Assembly: GCF_006345805.1 (NCBI RefSeq)
Contig: NC_042999.1
Location: 99,076,001-99,140,000, forward strand
Length of the DNA: 64,000 nt
Reading direction: 5' to 3'
From: Octopus sinensis
Lineage: Eukaryota
The translations under genes were made by a program, and so were the position numbers. Below are positions 38,870-50,570 of the stretch, piece after piece (position 1 is the stretch's first letter; each line of letters starts with the position of its first letter). The notes below the pieces were generated by a model. It ran no database searches. It saw only the letters and a program-made list of their open reading frames with translations, and was not told the origin of the DNA.

Positions 38870-39507
38870 GAAATAATAAAATTGCCATTGGCTTCAACCA
38901 TGGCCTCCAGATAACTTTACAATTTCCTGCAATTCTTCTGGATTGTCTCCTTGTTTAAGTTGGTGAATACTGCCATAATCCTTGCCTTCAGTTCATCTTT
39001 GGTGTTACAAGGAGTTTTGTTGGTCTCTTGCTCAACTGCACCCCACACATAATAATCAAGGGGGTTGCAGTCTGGAGAGTTAGGTGGCCAGATGTTAGGA
39101 GTGATGTGGTCACAGAAATTGTCAGACAGTCATGACTGGGTTCTCCTGCTTGTGTGGTATGGTGCAGAGTCCTCTTGCCAGATATAGGGTGTTTCAGCAG
39201 CCACTCTGTTGACCCAGGGCAGCATTGCCTCCTCCAGGCACTTGATGTAGGCTGGAGGCATAGTGTTGCCATCACTAGTGATCACTCCAAACACCATGAT
39301 GTTGACTGAATGTTTGATTTTTATCACTCTCGCTACATGTTTTGGGTACATGATAAACCAACGGTTGTTCTGTGGGTTCACCAGCCTCATAGCATGCTTT
39401 TCATCTTGTCCTTGATGGCTTGGGATAAAAATTGGCCCTTTCTCATCTTGTATGAGGAATACTGAATGTCTTCATGCACTACCTGCCTGATAAGAAACTC
39501 AGACACT

Positions 39508-39538
<31 letters not shown>

Positions 39539-39960
39539 TTTAACTTCCATGTCCCTGGCAATGGATCTGAGTGACTTGGAGGGATTGTTTTCAATCATGG
39601 CCTGGATCTCATCAACAAATTCAGGAGTTCTTTTCTTATGAGAATGATCAGAGTGAGTTTTCCGAACCACTATACCTTTATAATCACCATTAGACACATC
39701 CAACTATTTCTGAATCCTCTGCAATGTCCTCAGGTTGACGCCCAAATACTCTGAGATGTTTGTATTGGAGCTTCTGATGTGAATGCCAAGCAGTACAGCA
39801 TGTCGTTTCCAAATTTCTAGCAGAGTGAATTGCTTCATGGTGCTATTTTTCTCACAGAGGGTGTCCAAATCACTGTACTATACTGTGTAGTTGATAAAAT
39901 CAAAAACAAACAACGTGCATGTACAAAATTAAAAATATAAAATGGTGACAGTTTACCCAT
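38870..39960 (-). mobile_element. Fossil maT (DD37D) Tc1/mariner-superfamily transposon
   Basis: Minus strand reads MVFGVITSDG...WQEDSAPYHTSRRTQS*LSDNFCDHITPNIWPPNSPDCNPLDYYVWGAVE, with 37 residues between the second and third catalytic Asp. An N-terminal remnant lies at about 39650-39850; stops and deletions are present. Confidence 0.82.
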
Positions 39961-40430
39961 TTACATTATTTTTTCTGTATTTCAAAGGGCCATCTTTGTC
40001 ACACTCTATCTTCATGCTAAAATCTACATTAAGGGTACATGTTTCTGTGGAATGTTCAACCACTTGCACATTAATTTCATGAGCTGGTTGTTTGATTGAT
40101 TGATTGATCAACTGCCACACTCATTGTCATAACTGGCGGAGTGCCAGTTTACACACACACACACACACACAAAACCACATAAACACACACACTCACCTGC
40201 ATGCACATATATATGTATATATTAACAGTGGAGTCTTAATAATTTGCTTTCCAATTATTTTTCATTTTTTTCCCTTAAATTTTAATCCTTTCAGTACAAA
40301 TAATTTGGAAATCAAGTGTTTTCTTCCTTAATGCTTCTAACCTCTGCTATTGTAGTTGTAATATTAATAAAATGGATGTTTTCACTCAACTCTATTAATT
40401 TCTTGGTTTTCTTCTCTTTCTTTTTACTAG

Positions 40431-40451
40431 GCTTCGGCTGACAGTCAGCTG
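40431..40451 (+). CDS. RGS7: Probable 21-nt microexon (ASADSQL) upstream of the GGL exon
   Basis: Long pyrimidine tract ttttcttctctttctttttactag|GCTTCGGCTGACAGTCAGCTG|gtgagt; phase 0-0, matching the phase-0 start of exon 43852. Confidence 0.62.
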
Positions 40452-42029
40452 GTGAGTGTTATTTTTAAATATTTTTTCTGTTCCTTTTCATTTTTTTTTA
40501 GTATTTCCATAAGTTTCAAAATTTGTGTATTGATAAGTATTTATAGATTTTCACATTTTCAAAACATTTTTTCGTTCTGTCTTGAATTGTATGATGCCAA
40601 AATTTACTGGTGGTGAGATTATAAATTTTAAGCATTGATATACACTTCCCTTTCTTTTTTCTTATTATAAGTTACTATTATACATAATCAATTGACTAAG
40701 TATTAACAAAATCAATCTAACAAAAATCAATTCAATTCGGAAAAAATTACATTTGGTCATCTGTGCTGAGGTTATTTTTCATCAATATAAGCACATTTGA
40801 ATGATTACTCACTGCCTGACAATAACATGGTTTCCTTTTAAGTCACCACTTTTGTAGTGGATATTTTCTCTTCATTGAGTATGTGCTTTCAAGATTATAA
40901 ATTTAACGATGCCACTCATTGAGGTCCAAAATAACATTAATCTTGATATTAATCATCTAGTACTACATTTATGTTGCTTTACACTTCCATTTCATGCACA
41001 TGCACACATATACACATGCTTGCATGCACACACACACTCTCTCTCTCTCTTTCACTCACTCATTCATGGAATCATATCCATGCACATATACTTTTAATGT
41101 CTAAAGCAGCAATGTTCAACCTTTGCTAATCTATAACATACTGAATAAGGCACTGACAGTGTTACACCATCAGCTTTTTTGCATTGTATAAAAAAGTAAC
41201 CAGCATTAAAATTGTTTTAAAACAGAGATGGGCACAAGCACTGACCATTGCCTCAAAAGAGCACACAAACTTGTGCAATTCATTAAATACATTCAACCTA
41301 AATATTCTAGCATTATCTGATCCCCTTCAAAATCTTATGGCACACCTGCAGACCATATTCAGCACAGTGGCTAAAAATATTTGGTATAAATGGTTGTCCT
41401 AAACTCAAGTACTTTATAATATTTAAAACATTCTTGTTGCTCTGTGAAATGAAGTAAGGACTGACATCTTGAACATCGTCTTTCATTGGGAAAAAAAAAT
41501 TTTAAAAACTCTACCTGAAACATTCATCTGTATATTTTATCTCTTGGCTGACACAGATTTCCACTAAACTATATACTGTTTCTAATGACTAGCCTTACTT
41601 CTGTAATATCTTTAAAAGATTAAGAGATAACAACTTTCTGAATGTCTATCCTAAAAAAATTCTGAAAACAAGATAATATTTGAACAGCATAAGTTTAGTA
41701 TCAAAATATTGTCATTTAAAATTCTGTTTATTCTTCAGTTTTTCAGAATCTTGGGTACATCATATGTGTTTTATTCTATAGTTATCATGTGTTTTGAGTA
41801 TTGAATAACGTACATCCTCATGTAGACAACCTGATTTTCCTCAAATTTATATGCAAATATTTTAAAGTGCCTATAATAAAGTAACAAGAAATAATTTGTA
41901 AATAGTTTGGTTTTAGGTGAGATGTGGTATATACACAGAGTGTTTGGGCTAAATTTGACAGTTTGCAAAAAATAAAAGAAAACAATATTCCATTCAAACC
42001 TAAAAATATTTTAAAATTCAATACATACC

Positions 42030-42740
42030 ACATTAGATTATGGCTGAGAGGTAAACAGCATAGTCAAAGCAGCTGCTCTCATCTTCCACCACAGCCACAA
42101 GACAGCTCTGGAGCCTGGTACATGCGATCCTCACTGTGTCCCTGGGAAGATCTCTGAACACTTCCTTGATCTTGGCCACTAGCTTAGCCTTGGTGTTGCA
42201 GGCAGAGCAGTTGATGTCTTTGTCAACCATGCTACCCCTATAGTAATCCATGAGGTTACTATGCAACCAGAAATTTGGGTTGGTGAAGTCATAGAAATTT
42301 TCTGACAACCACTTCTGACTCTTTCATATGGCCATCCAGCAGCAACCCTCTTGAACCAGGGTTTGGCTACAGTCTCCAGAAGTTTTACATAGCAGTCAGA
42401 ATTGAGCCTAAGACCTTATTCATCTGCTATTGGATATATTCCAGCATGCGGATGCAGACAGAATATTTGCTGCATCCCTTCCTGCTGGTCATGGCTTCAT
42501 AGTCTCCACTGTAATTGTCCTTGTCATATCTTACAACATTTACAGTATTCACAGAGCATTGAGCTACAGTCATGTTGTCAGTATTTTGATACCTAGTACA
42601 TCATCGTAATACAAATAACTCTTTTCCAATATTCCAGTCTTCTATGTCAGTTAATATTTTCTCAACTATAACTTTAGTCTTTATGCTCTCCAGTACAATT
42701 GACTGTTCACAGCACATCGACCTGTTCCTGAAAAAGGAAG
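42030..42740 (-). mobile_element. Second, internally deleted maT-like transposase remnant
   Basis: Minus strand has LNSDCYVKLLETVAKPWFKRVAAG, SENFYDFTNPNFW...MDYY and TKAKLVAKIKEVFRDLPRDTVRIACTRL, plus an N-terminal remnant GDYEAMTSRK...CIR. Confidence 0.68.
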
Positions 42741-42810
42741 ACAAACCTCATCATATTTAACTCAAACACTCTGTATATATATATGTAGAAGGTTGAAAAG
42801 AACACAATTG

Positions 42811-42842
<32 letters not shown>

Positions 42843-42889
42843 AAAAAGTCAAGGTAGAAAATGCTAAAATAATTTTATAGAAAACATTT

Positions 42890-42933
42890 CAGTACTGGTT
42901 TCGGTCATTCGGTCATTGAGACTTTTTCAACTG
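42890..42933 (-). ncRNA. Decayed hammerhead-like motif, left arm of the 42.8-43.5 kb foldback
   Basis: Mirror of 43416-43451 carrying an extra 8-bp duplication (tcggtcat x2). Confidence 0.35.
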
Positions 42934-43415
42934 TAAGTATGGAAAACAATTAAATTTTGGAGAAATTAAATGGAAAGTATTTTGAAAGAGCATTTGCATA
43001 GTATTCAAATACAAGGGGCATTTTCCTTGTTTCTACCTGTTTCTGTCTCTCTTGTTTACTCTTGTGGGTTTGAGGTCGTTGGGAATTCTTGGCAGAGGAG
43101 AAGAGGAAGAAGAAGAAGAAGAAGAAGAAGAAGAAGAAGGAAATAATGCAGAAGTGCTCTTCTTCTCTTCCTCCTTCTTCTTCTTCTTCTTCTTCTTCTT
43201 CTTCTTCTTCTTCTTCTTCTTCTTCTTCTTCTACTTCTTCTTCTTCCTCTTCTCTGCCAAGAATTCCCAACGACCTCAAACCCACAAGAGTAAACAAGAG
43301 AGACAGAGACAGGTAGAAACAAGGAAAATGCCCCTTGTATTTGAATACTATGCAAATGCTCTTTCAAAATACTTTCCATTTAATTTCTCCAAAATTTAAT
43401 TGTTTTCCATACTTA

Positions 43416-43451
43416 CAGTTGAAAAAGTCTCAATGACCGAAACCAGTACTG
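43416..43451 (+). ncRNA. Decayed hammerhead-like motif, right arm of the foldback
   Basis: CAG-TTGAAAA-AGTC-tcaat-GACC-GAAAC-CA-GTA-CTG. The geometry is retained but the CUGANGA core is mutated to UUGAAAA. Confidence 0.42.
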
Positions 43452-43851
43452 AAATGTTTTTAATAAAATTATTTCAGCATTTTCTACCTTGGCTTTTTTC
43501 CATATATATATATATAGTGTGTTATTGTTTTCAGTGCTAGACCTGCTCTTATCAAGCTGTATCTATACTCAATACTATTCTCACCTTACATCTAGACAGT
43601 ATATCTTATATCACATCTTATATATAGACAGTATTTCTGGAGTGGCATTATTCCGTCACCTTTTTATGTTTAAGGTGGTACATGAAAGTGGTAATTGAGT
43701 GAGATTTAGCTGCTGTTTCTAGCAGGCTGAATCAATGTGTTATTTGAAGAGAGTGATGTACTATTTAAAGAGAGATATGTGTTATTTGAAGTAGTAAGGT
43801 CAATTGAAATGATGATGTTTAATGAACGATTTCATTCTTGTTTCATTTTAG

Positions 43852-43913
43852 ATTGAGAGTCTTAAACAAAAGCTTGAGAAACGAAGAGTAAAAATTTCCA
43901 AAGTTGCTGAAAG
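43852..43913 (+). CDS. RGS7: RGS exon, GGL domain N-terminal part (IESLKQKLEKRRVKISKVAE-S)
   Basis: tttcattttag|ATT...GAAAG|gtatgt; 62 nt, phase 0-2; resembles RGS7 IKYWQIQLDRHRLKMSKVADS. Confidence 0.95.
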
Positions 43914-44188
43914 GTATGTTTTATACAATAGCTTTAAATATATTTTAAATATTTATTAATCTTCTGTCAGACACAATTAGCCTTGGCATCCTCAGAACCA
44001 GCTTAACATTGTATGAAGTATAGCAATATCTGAACAAAGAGTTACTAAGGTATCATGTGTGGCTTGACAGTTGTTATGTGTCTTACATTGCTAAGCCATA
44101 TATTGTGTATGAGTATGGAATATTTAGAAAGCCATTAATGTTAAAAAAAAATCTGTCTGTTTATACATTACTAAGAATAGTCATTGTA

Positions 44189-45457
44189 TCAGATCATCCT
44201 ATAAGTTCTGTCCAAATTTTGAATAAAGAAAGCAAGTGATCAAATGTTATATTTAATTGAAATTTAATCATCAATGTACTTTCGCTGATTATCTATGACT
44301 TCCTTCCATCTATTTACAAGCTTTTAAATCCCATCAATGTAAAACTCTTTTGGTTTCAAAGCGAAGAGCTCTGAAATGTCAGTTTCTACATCCTCCTAGC
44401 TTGCAAAAATTATGTCCCCCAAATGATCCTGTAAACTATGAAACAAATGGTAGTTTGAAGGAACAAAGTCAGCAGAATAAGGAGGGTGAGGAATTTTTTC
44501 CCAGCCAAGCTCTTCAATCTTCTATGATGTGATATTTGCAGTGTGGGGTTGCGCATTGTCCTGATGAAACATCACTCCTTTTCGATTCACTAAAGCAGGT
44601 CTTCTTTTCTTCAAAGCTTAGTTCAAATGCTCTAATAGTTGACAGTAGACTTGAGCATTGATTGTTGCATTAGGTAGTAACAATTCAAAGTGAGTTACTC
44701 CTTTGGAATCCCACTAGATAGAGAGAAGAACCTTTTTCCCATGAAGTTCCCTTCTCGGTTGTGGTTGAGCTTTTTTGCCTTTTACCAAGCCACTGTTTAA
44801 GACATTTAATATTTTTATATAAGATCCATTTTTCATCACCTGTCACAAGTCTATCCAAAAGGGGTGAAATGAGTTTGCGAGAATGGAGAGAAGAGCAGAT
44901 GTCAACTCGAGATTTGTGGTTGCTCTTGGACAATTCATGAGGCACCCATTTTCCAAGTTTAGAAACTTTTCCAAGTTGTTGAAGATGACGATGAACAGTT
45001 GTATGGTTTGGACTAAGCTTTATTGCCAATTCTTCAACTGATAATGCAGGATTTTCGTCAAGTAATGCTTCAAGGAGCTTATCTTAAAACTTAACTGGAC
45101 GTCCTGTTCGATCTTCATCTTCAAGGCTGAAATCTCCACTTCTGAATTTTGCAAACCATCTTCTGCAAGTTCTTTCATTCAAACATTCTTTCCCATAAAC
45201 TGAATGTATGTTTTGAGTTGCTTCGGCTGCAGAGTTTCCTTATGTGCCTTAAATGCTCTTTGGATACTTCCATGTTAGAAAGGGTTTTAATCAAAGAAAT
45301 TTTAATTCTATTATTCTGTAAAATAATATCTAATTAGTTTAAATGTACACAAATGCATAAAAATAATTCTTAATTTCATTAGATATTCTAAAGTACTATT
45401 AAATTTCATTCAATTTTAAAAAAGGTAAAATCAGACAGAACTTATGGGATGACCTGA
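44189..45457 (-). mobile_element. Full-length fossil mariner (DD34D) element, 1269 bp
   Basis: 24-bp terminal inverted repeats (44189-44212 / 45434-45457) match 22 of 24, with TA duplicated at both ends. Transposase motifs WVPHEL, VTGDEKW, HQDNAQPH and YSADFVPSNY are present; the frame is disrupted. Confidence 0.92.
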
Positions 45458-45619
45458 TATAATGTATGTTTCTTTGAATTCTTTTTTACTTTTTTATTGA
45501 CTTGGTTTGGTCTGGAAGTAGGGGTGATGTTCATAACCTTTACAGACTCCCCTACTTAGATTGGTGTGATTGAAATAGTTAATATTCCCCTTGAATAGTT
45601 ACAAGGAAAAAGCTGTAAG

Positions 45620-46320
45620 GAAAATATCTAGGTTGCATATAGATGACACTTAGGTACTGAAGGTTAGAGAAGTATAAAGGATGATAAAATCTGCATGAGA
45701 TTGGATGTTGTTGATGATGAAGTTGACAGCAAGTAGATCATTAATGTATAAGAGGAAGTTGTGTTCTCGAAGATCTAGACATAACTTTGAGGGAGAGAAA
45801 GAGAGAGAGAGATTTACAAATTTGGTGATGATAGGGACTTGCTCTGGAGTGTATTGTTCGAGGGTATTGGTTGAGACAGTGTTAAGGTTGGCAGTTTTGT
45901 TGGTATGAAGCAACAAGAGGGACTTTAGAATTTGGTGTTTAAGTGTATTTGGTGGTTAGCTTTGTGAAGTGGAAAGATAAAGTTTTGGAAGAGATTTTTC
46001 TATGTGCAGCACAAAGATGACTGTTAAATGGGCTGCAAATGTGGAGGCTTTCTCCACAGGAGTACAACTGACAGAACCATCATGCTTGAGGATGGAAGGA
46101 AAGAAGGAGAATCCTGCAAAGTTCGTAGAGACATTTTTTGGAAAGGGACCAAAAGGACTGGTGACAGTTTAGGGGATATGTGATGCTCAAAGACATCTTT
46201 CATATTTTGGATGATGGTCCTGAAGGAGCTGCAGCTCATCCAATTTATAGGATTGGGTCACTTTCTCTGAAGATAGTGGGGAAGAGTCTTCAAATGTGTG
46301 ATTAATGTCTCTGTTGGAAA
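45620..46320 (-). mobile_element. CR1/jockey-like LINE reverse transcriptase fragment
   Basis: Minus strand reads FLLYINDLL...NNIQSHADF, a degenerate LFLLYINDL...YADD. Confidence 0.62.
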
Positions 46321-46429
46321 TAATGATTTAGACAAATATTTTTATTGAATTCAGTGAATTATATAATTAGAAGATCAATAGATTAATATGTATTATTGGA
46401 ATATCATTGATGTAGCAAATGTTTATGCA

Positions 46430-46880
46430 ATCTCTCATCATCATTGTTTTAATGTGAACTTTTCTATGCTTGCATGGGTTGGACAAAATTTGTTGAGGTG
46501 GATTTTCTGTGGCTGGATGTCCTTCAAGCCACTGACCCTCAACTGCTTTCAAGTAAAGTAATATTTCCCCATGACCAGACATGATTTGAAATAATGGACA
46601 TTGCTTGTATGACAGTGATACATGTTTACAAATCAAGGAGATGACAAGGCAAAGAGACAGTAACACATACACGTATACCCCTTCCACACACACACATGTA
46701 CACCCCACCTCTGCACACACATACAGATACACAGGGTTCTTTCAGTTTCTGTTTACCAGATCCATTCACAAGACTTTTGTTGGCTAAATACTATAGTAGA
46801 AGACACCTGCCTAAGTGGGACTGAACCTGAAACCTTCAGTTGGGAAGTAAATTTCTTACCACACAGCCATGCCCACATGT
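46430..46880 (-). mobile_element. Compound SINE copy
   Basis: Reverse complement of the SINE head (gtgggactgaacc...cacacagccatgcc) plus a catcatcat-type tail segment. Confidence 0.7.
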
Positions 46881-48412
46881 AGATATGCCTCTCCCCTATC
46901 AAAATAAATAAATAAAACCACCTATCCAGAGCAAACTCTACTTGATGCAATACACCATTGATAAAATTCACTCAAGAGCTACCTTAATGAATTTATTCTT
47001 GGTGAAAGTGTTTAACTTAATCAACAATTGAGACTTTGCAACTGTTGTTGTTCATATTTGGCCCCCAATCTCTTCCTTCATTCAGCTGACCACATTGTTC
47101 TATCATCTGAGCAATACCCGGATGATAGAACAATTGGTAACATTTTAGATTCCAAGTGCCCATTCTCAATTTATGTTCATTATAACAGTATGTTAGACTG
47201 GCTAACTTATCTATGTCCTTTCCATTTTTCTATAATGCTAGGGTAAGGTTTGGGGAAGATTTTGTCTGTTATTTCTAGCCAGTTGAGTTGTCACTTTGAG
47301 ACTTTCTTATCACCTCATATAGGTGACTTGCCAAAAATCTTTTCAAATTGTTGAGTATCATCTCAGTGGTGGGGGCAAATAACTGCCAATGTTATCTGAT
47401 CAGTATTGCACATTCAATACAAAACTGCTGTCTTCCCTAGCAATTTATATCTTTTGCTAAATTTAGAAATAATTATTGGTTTCAAACTTCAGCACCAGTT
47501 CAGTAATTTCAGTGTTGGTGGGGGTAAGCCAATTACATCGACCCCAATGCTCATCTGGTACTTATTTTTAAGACCCTGAAAGGATGAAAAGTATAGTCGA
47601 CCTTGGTAGAATTTGAACTCAAAATGTAAAGATGAACAAAATGCTACTAAGCATTTTGCCCTGTGTAGTAATGACCCTGCCATCTTGCTGCCTTAAATTT
47701 AGAAAAAACTATTATGTTTATCAGCAGTTCTATGGAAGTATTTTCACAAAAACCAGTGCATTTCACTACAACATAGTTTTAGGTTAAATCCACTGTGTAA
47801 CGTCTTAGGAAAGTCTTCCCTAACATAGCCTTGCTTGACAGTGGAATATTATCCATGTAAAACTGTACTGAAGCTTATCTTATATATGTGTGTGTGTGTC
47901 CATGCATGTGTGTGCAGGTGGGTAGATGTAGGTGTGTATGTGTGTATATGCATTTCATAAGTAAAAGATGTTAACATAGGCTATAAAACTGTGGAAGAAA
48001 GGTGCTCTTTGTCTTTAAATATTTGTTTTGCATTGAATTTAATACTCTCTTGTCATTCTTGCTGTCAGAAATCCTGTGAACTAGTGATTGGTCCATTGAA
48101 AAAAAAAATGTGACAAAAGAATGCTACTATTCATAAATTGCAATATTAAACACAAAAAAGTAAATAAGGCCATCAATGTGTTTTTCAAGTGTATGTAGTG
48201 TTAAATTTTTACGTGTTCTGAAATTTGTTTGGTATTTATTGCATTAGATTAGTGTGAAAGTTTTTATAGTATTTGAGTGTCAACTCTGAAAAATATTTTC
48301 TGTGTGATTTGTCTTACTAAATTAAGTGTCTTGCATAAGATGGTTGCTGTACCTAAGTAGGCTGTTTGTGTTGAGTGGGTAATTTTGTATCAAACTGTTA
48401 GTCTACTGTGTA

Positions 48413-48632
48413 CGAGGACATTTTGAAAAGTTCCTGGCTTAATGAGTATCACAAAAGGCCTGGTTGGAGACCCAACATTCTGAGTGCTTCTACAGGACTT
48501 AGAAAAACTGAAGAACCACTGTGATAAGTGAGTGAATCTGAGAAACAAGTGTGTTGAATAAAAAACATAATTAACTGATCCTTCTGTATTTTTTTTTTTA
48601 CCCAAAGCCAGGAACTTTTCAGCACCCCCTCA
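48413..48632. mobile_element. Mariner-type MITE
   Basis: Terminal inverted repeats with a perfect 16-bp core gaaaagttcctggctt; TA at 48411-48412 and 48633-48634. Confidence 0.78.
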
Positions 48633-50518
48633 TATATGTCATACTTTAAGCTTAATCAGATTCATCCACCAAGCAATAACAGCTGTTCAGCAAAATTCCA
48701 CTAATCAGTGATTTATGGACACTATGCATGTAAATGGAAGATGTTCTTCTCATCTCTCAGACATGTCCATTTGGCAGCACTACTATAATTGCAGAGTATG
48801 TCTCCAACTGACAACACATCCTCACAACCTGCACAAGAATTCTTAGAGTATGGTAGCTATATCATTGCCACCTAGTATTTGGTGTGTGCTCCTGTTATGT
48901 ATTTTCAGTTTTCATGAGAAAATGTCTGCATTATTCATAAGATAAAACTATATGCCTTGTGATGCTTGTAGGTATATCCAGTCTCTACATGTGCTGGACA
49001 GCCAGAAATGATGTGGTTAATTGTTTCTTTATGCTTATTGCATAGTTCTTGCAGTTAATATTAACCTCTTATTTTACCATCTTATTTTTGTTGATTTTTT
49101 AATGACTAGATATCGATCTTGAGCTGCTAAAAATCAGATCTCCAGTTTCTGTCTTTATTTTGGAATTTTTGAGCCATTTTTGGTTTCTTTCATGATTCTC
49201 CCTTATTCTTTGTCTAACTAATTATAGAAAGGTTTTTACTAAAATTGTATTTATTGGCAATATTTTTATAGTTCCATTGTGATTTTGTTTTAGACTTTTT
49301 CAACTGTTTTTTTATTCTTTTTTTTTACCTCAGTGTAATTAGTTTCTAGTTTAGACTTTATTGTTTACTTATATAAAGAAACAATTTTTTTTCTTTTCTG
49401 CTTCTCATTATTAGAAATGAACTGACAGAAATCTTTCTCTGAAAGGTTGGGAAGAGATGGCAACATGCATACATTGATTTAGTTGCTTCACTGTTGTGCC
49501 TTACCCCAAGGAATATCAAACCAGACTGGAACATCTGTTGTTTTGTTCTCTTTTATCTCAAAGGAATATATCTCAGTCTTGTGAATGGAATGCATTCCTT
49601 TGTTTAGATCCCATTCTGAGATATATTTCTTTGTCAATAATCATTCTGTTGGAAAACATGTGCTGCTGAGGTTAAAGATGCACAAGCATGCACCAACTCA
49701 CAGATAACTGCAGATATTCCTGGATAGTGAGCAAGTGTAGTGGTTGTAAAAACTTTTTACAACTTTTCCACATGACTGAGCATAAACTGAGGACAGGCAC
49801 TTGGAATTTGAAATGTTACCAATTGTTCTGTCATCTGGGCAGTGCAGTTAGTCAGGAATCAATGCTTATATTTAGTAGTGCTTTAAGTGAGGGTATGAAT
49901 AGAGACATACTCTGGTGTTGAGGAAATGTGCTGAAAGCTTCTTATAAAATTTCTTTGGATTACAAATAATGGATAATTTTTCAAAATATTTCACTTGAAA
50001 GTGCTGCCATGATGCATTGCCAGCTGGAGATATACTCTGCAGCTACAACAGTGCTGCCTGCTGGCTATGTCTGAGATATGGAGAAAAAAAAATCATTCAT
50101 TTATTTCCATTGTGTCTATAAATCATTGAATGGCTGTTATTACTTGTAAGCTACATCTGATTGTCATCTCAGTCCAATTCGAAGTTTATTTTACAGCCTT
50201 TGCTTTAGAGGTAGAGTTAGATAGTTTTCCACTAGCTGTTGGATATAGTGAAAGTGGCAATAAGAAAGATAACATTAAAAGGACAGAATACATGACTTTT
50301 TCTTTCTAACAAAACATTTATCAATGTCTTCAAGTATCACTTTGAAGACAAAGAAAGAAATACCACCATCCAATAAATGTTGTAAAAGGTAGTGTGTGGA
50401 ATATTTGATGTGCATGAAAAAATATATGCCTAGATATAGCTTCAGGGTGTCTTGTCATCACTAGTAGCTGATGCTTACTTTTAGAAAGTTATATATACAT
50501 TTTATATAGTATTGCATA

Positions 50519-50570
<52 letters not shown>

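Larger units (their letters stand above)
42839..43502. mobile_element. ~660-bp foldback element with ~300-bp arms and a complementary (GAA)n/(TTC)n centre
   Basis: Mirror ORFs at 42950-43297 (minus) and 43052-43399 (plus); the arms differ by a few substitutions and an 8-bp duplication. Confidence 0.85.

Noticed and set aside
44560-44580. CTGATGAAAC inside the mariner
   Set aside because: It is the antisense of the FHQDN transposase codons.
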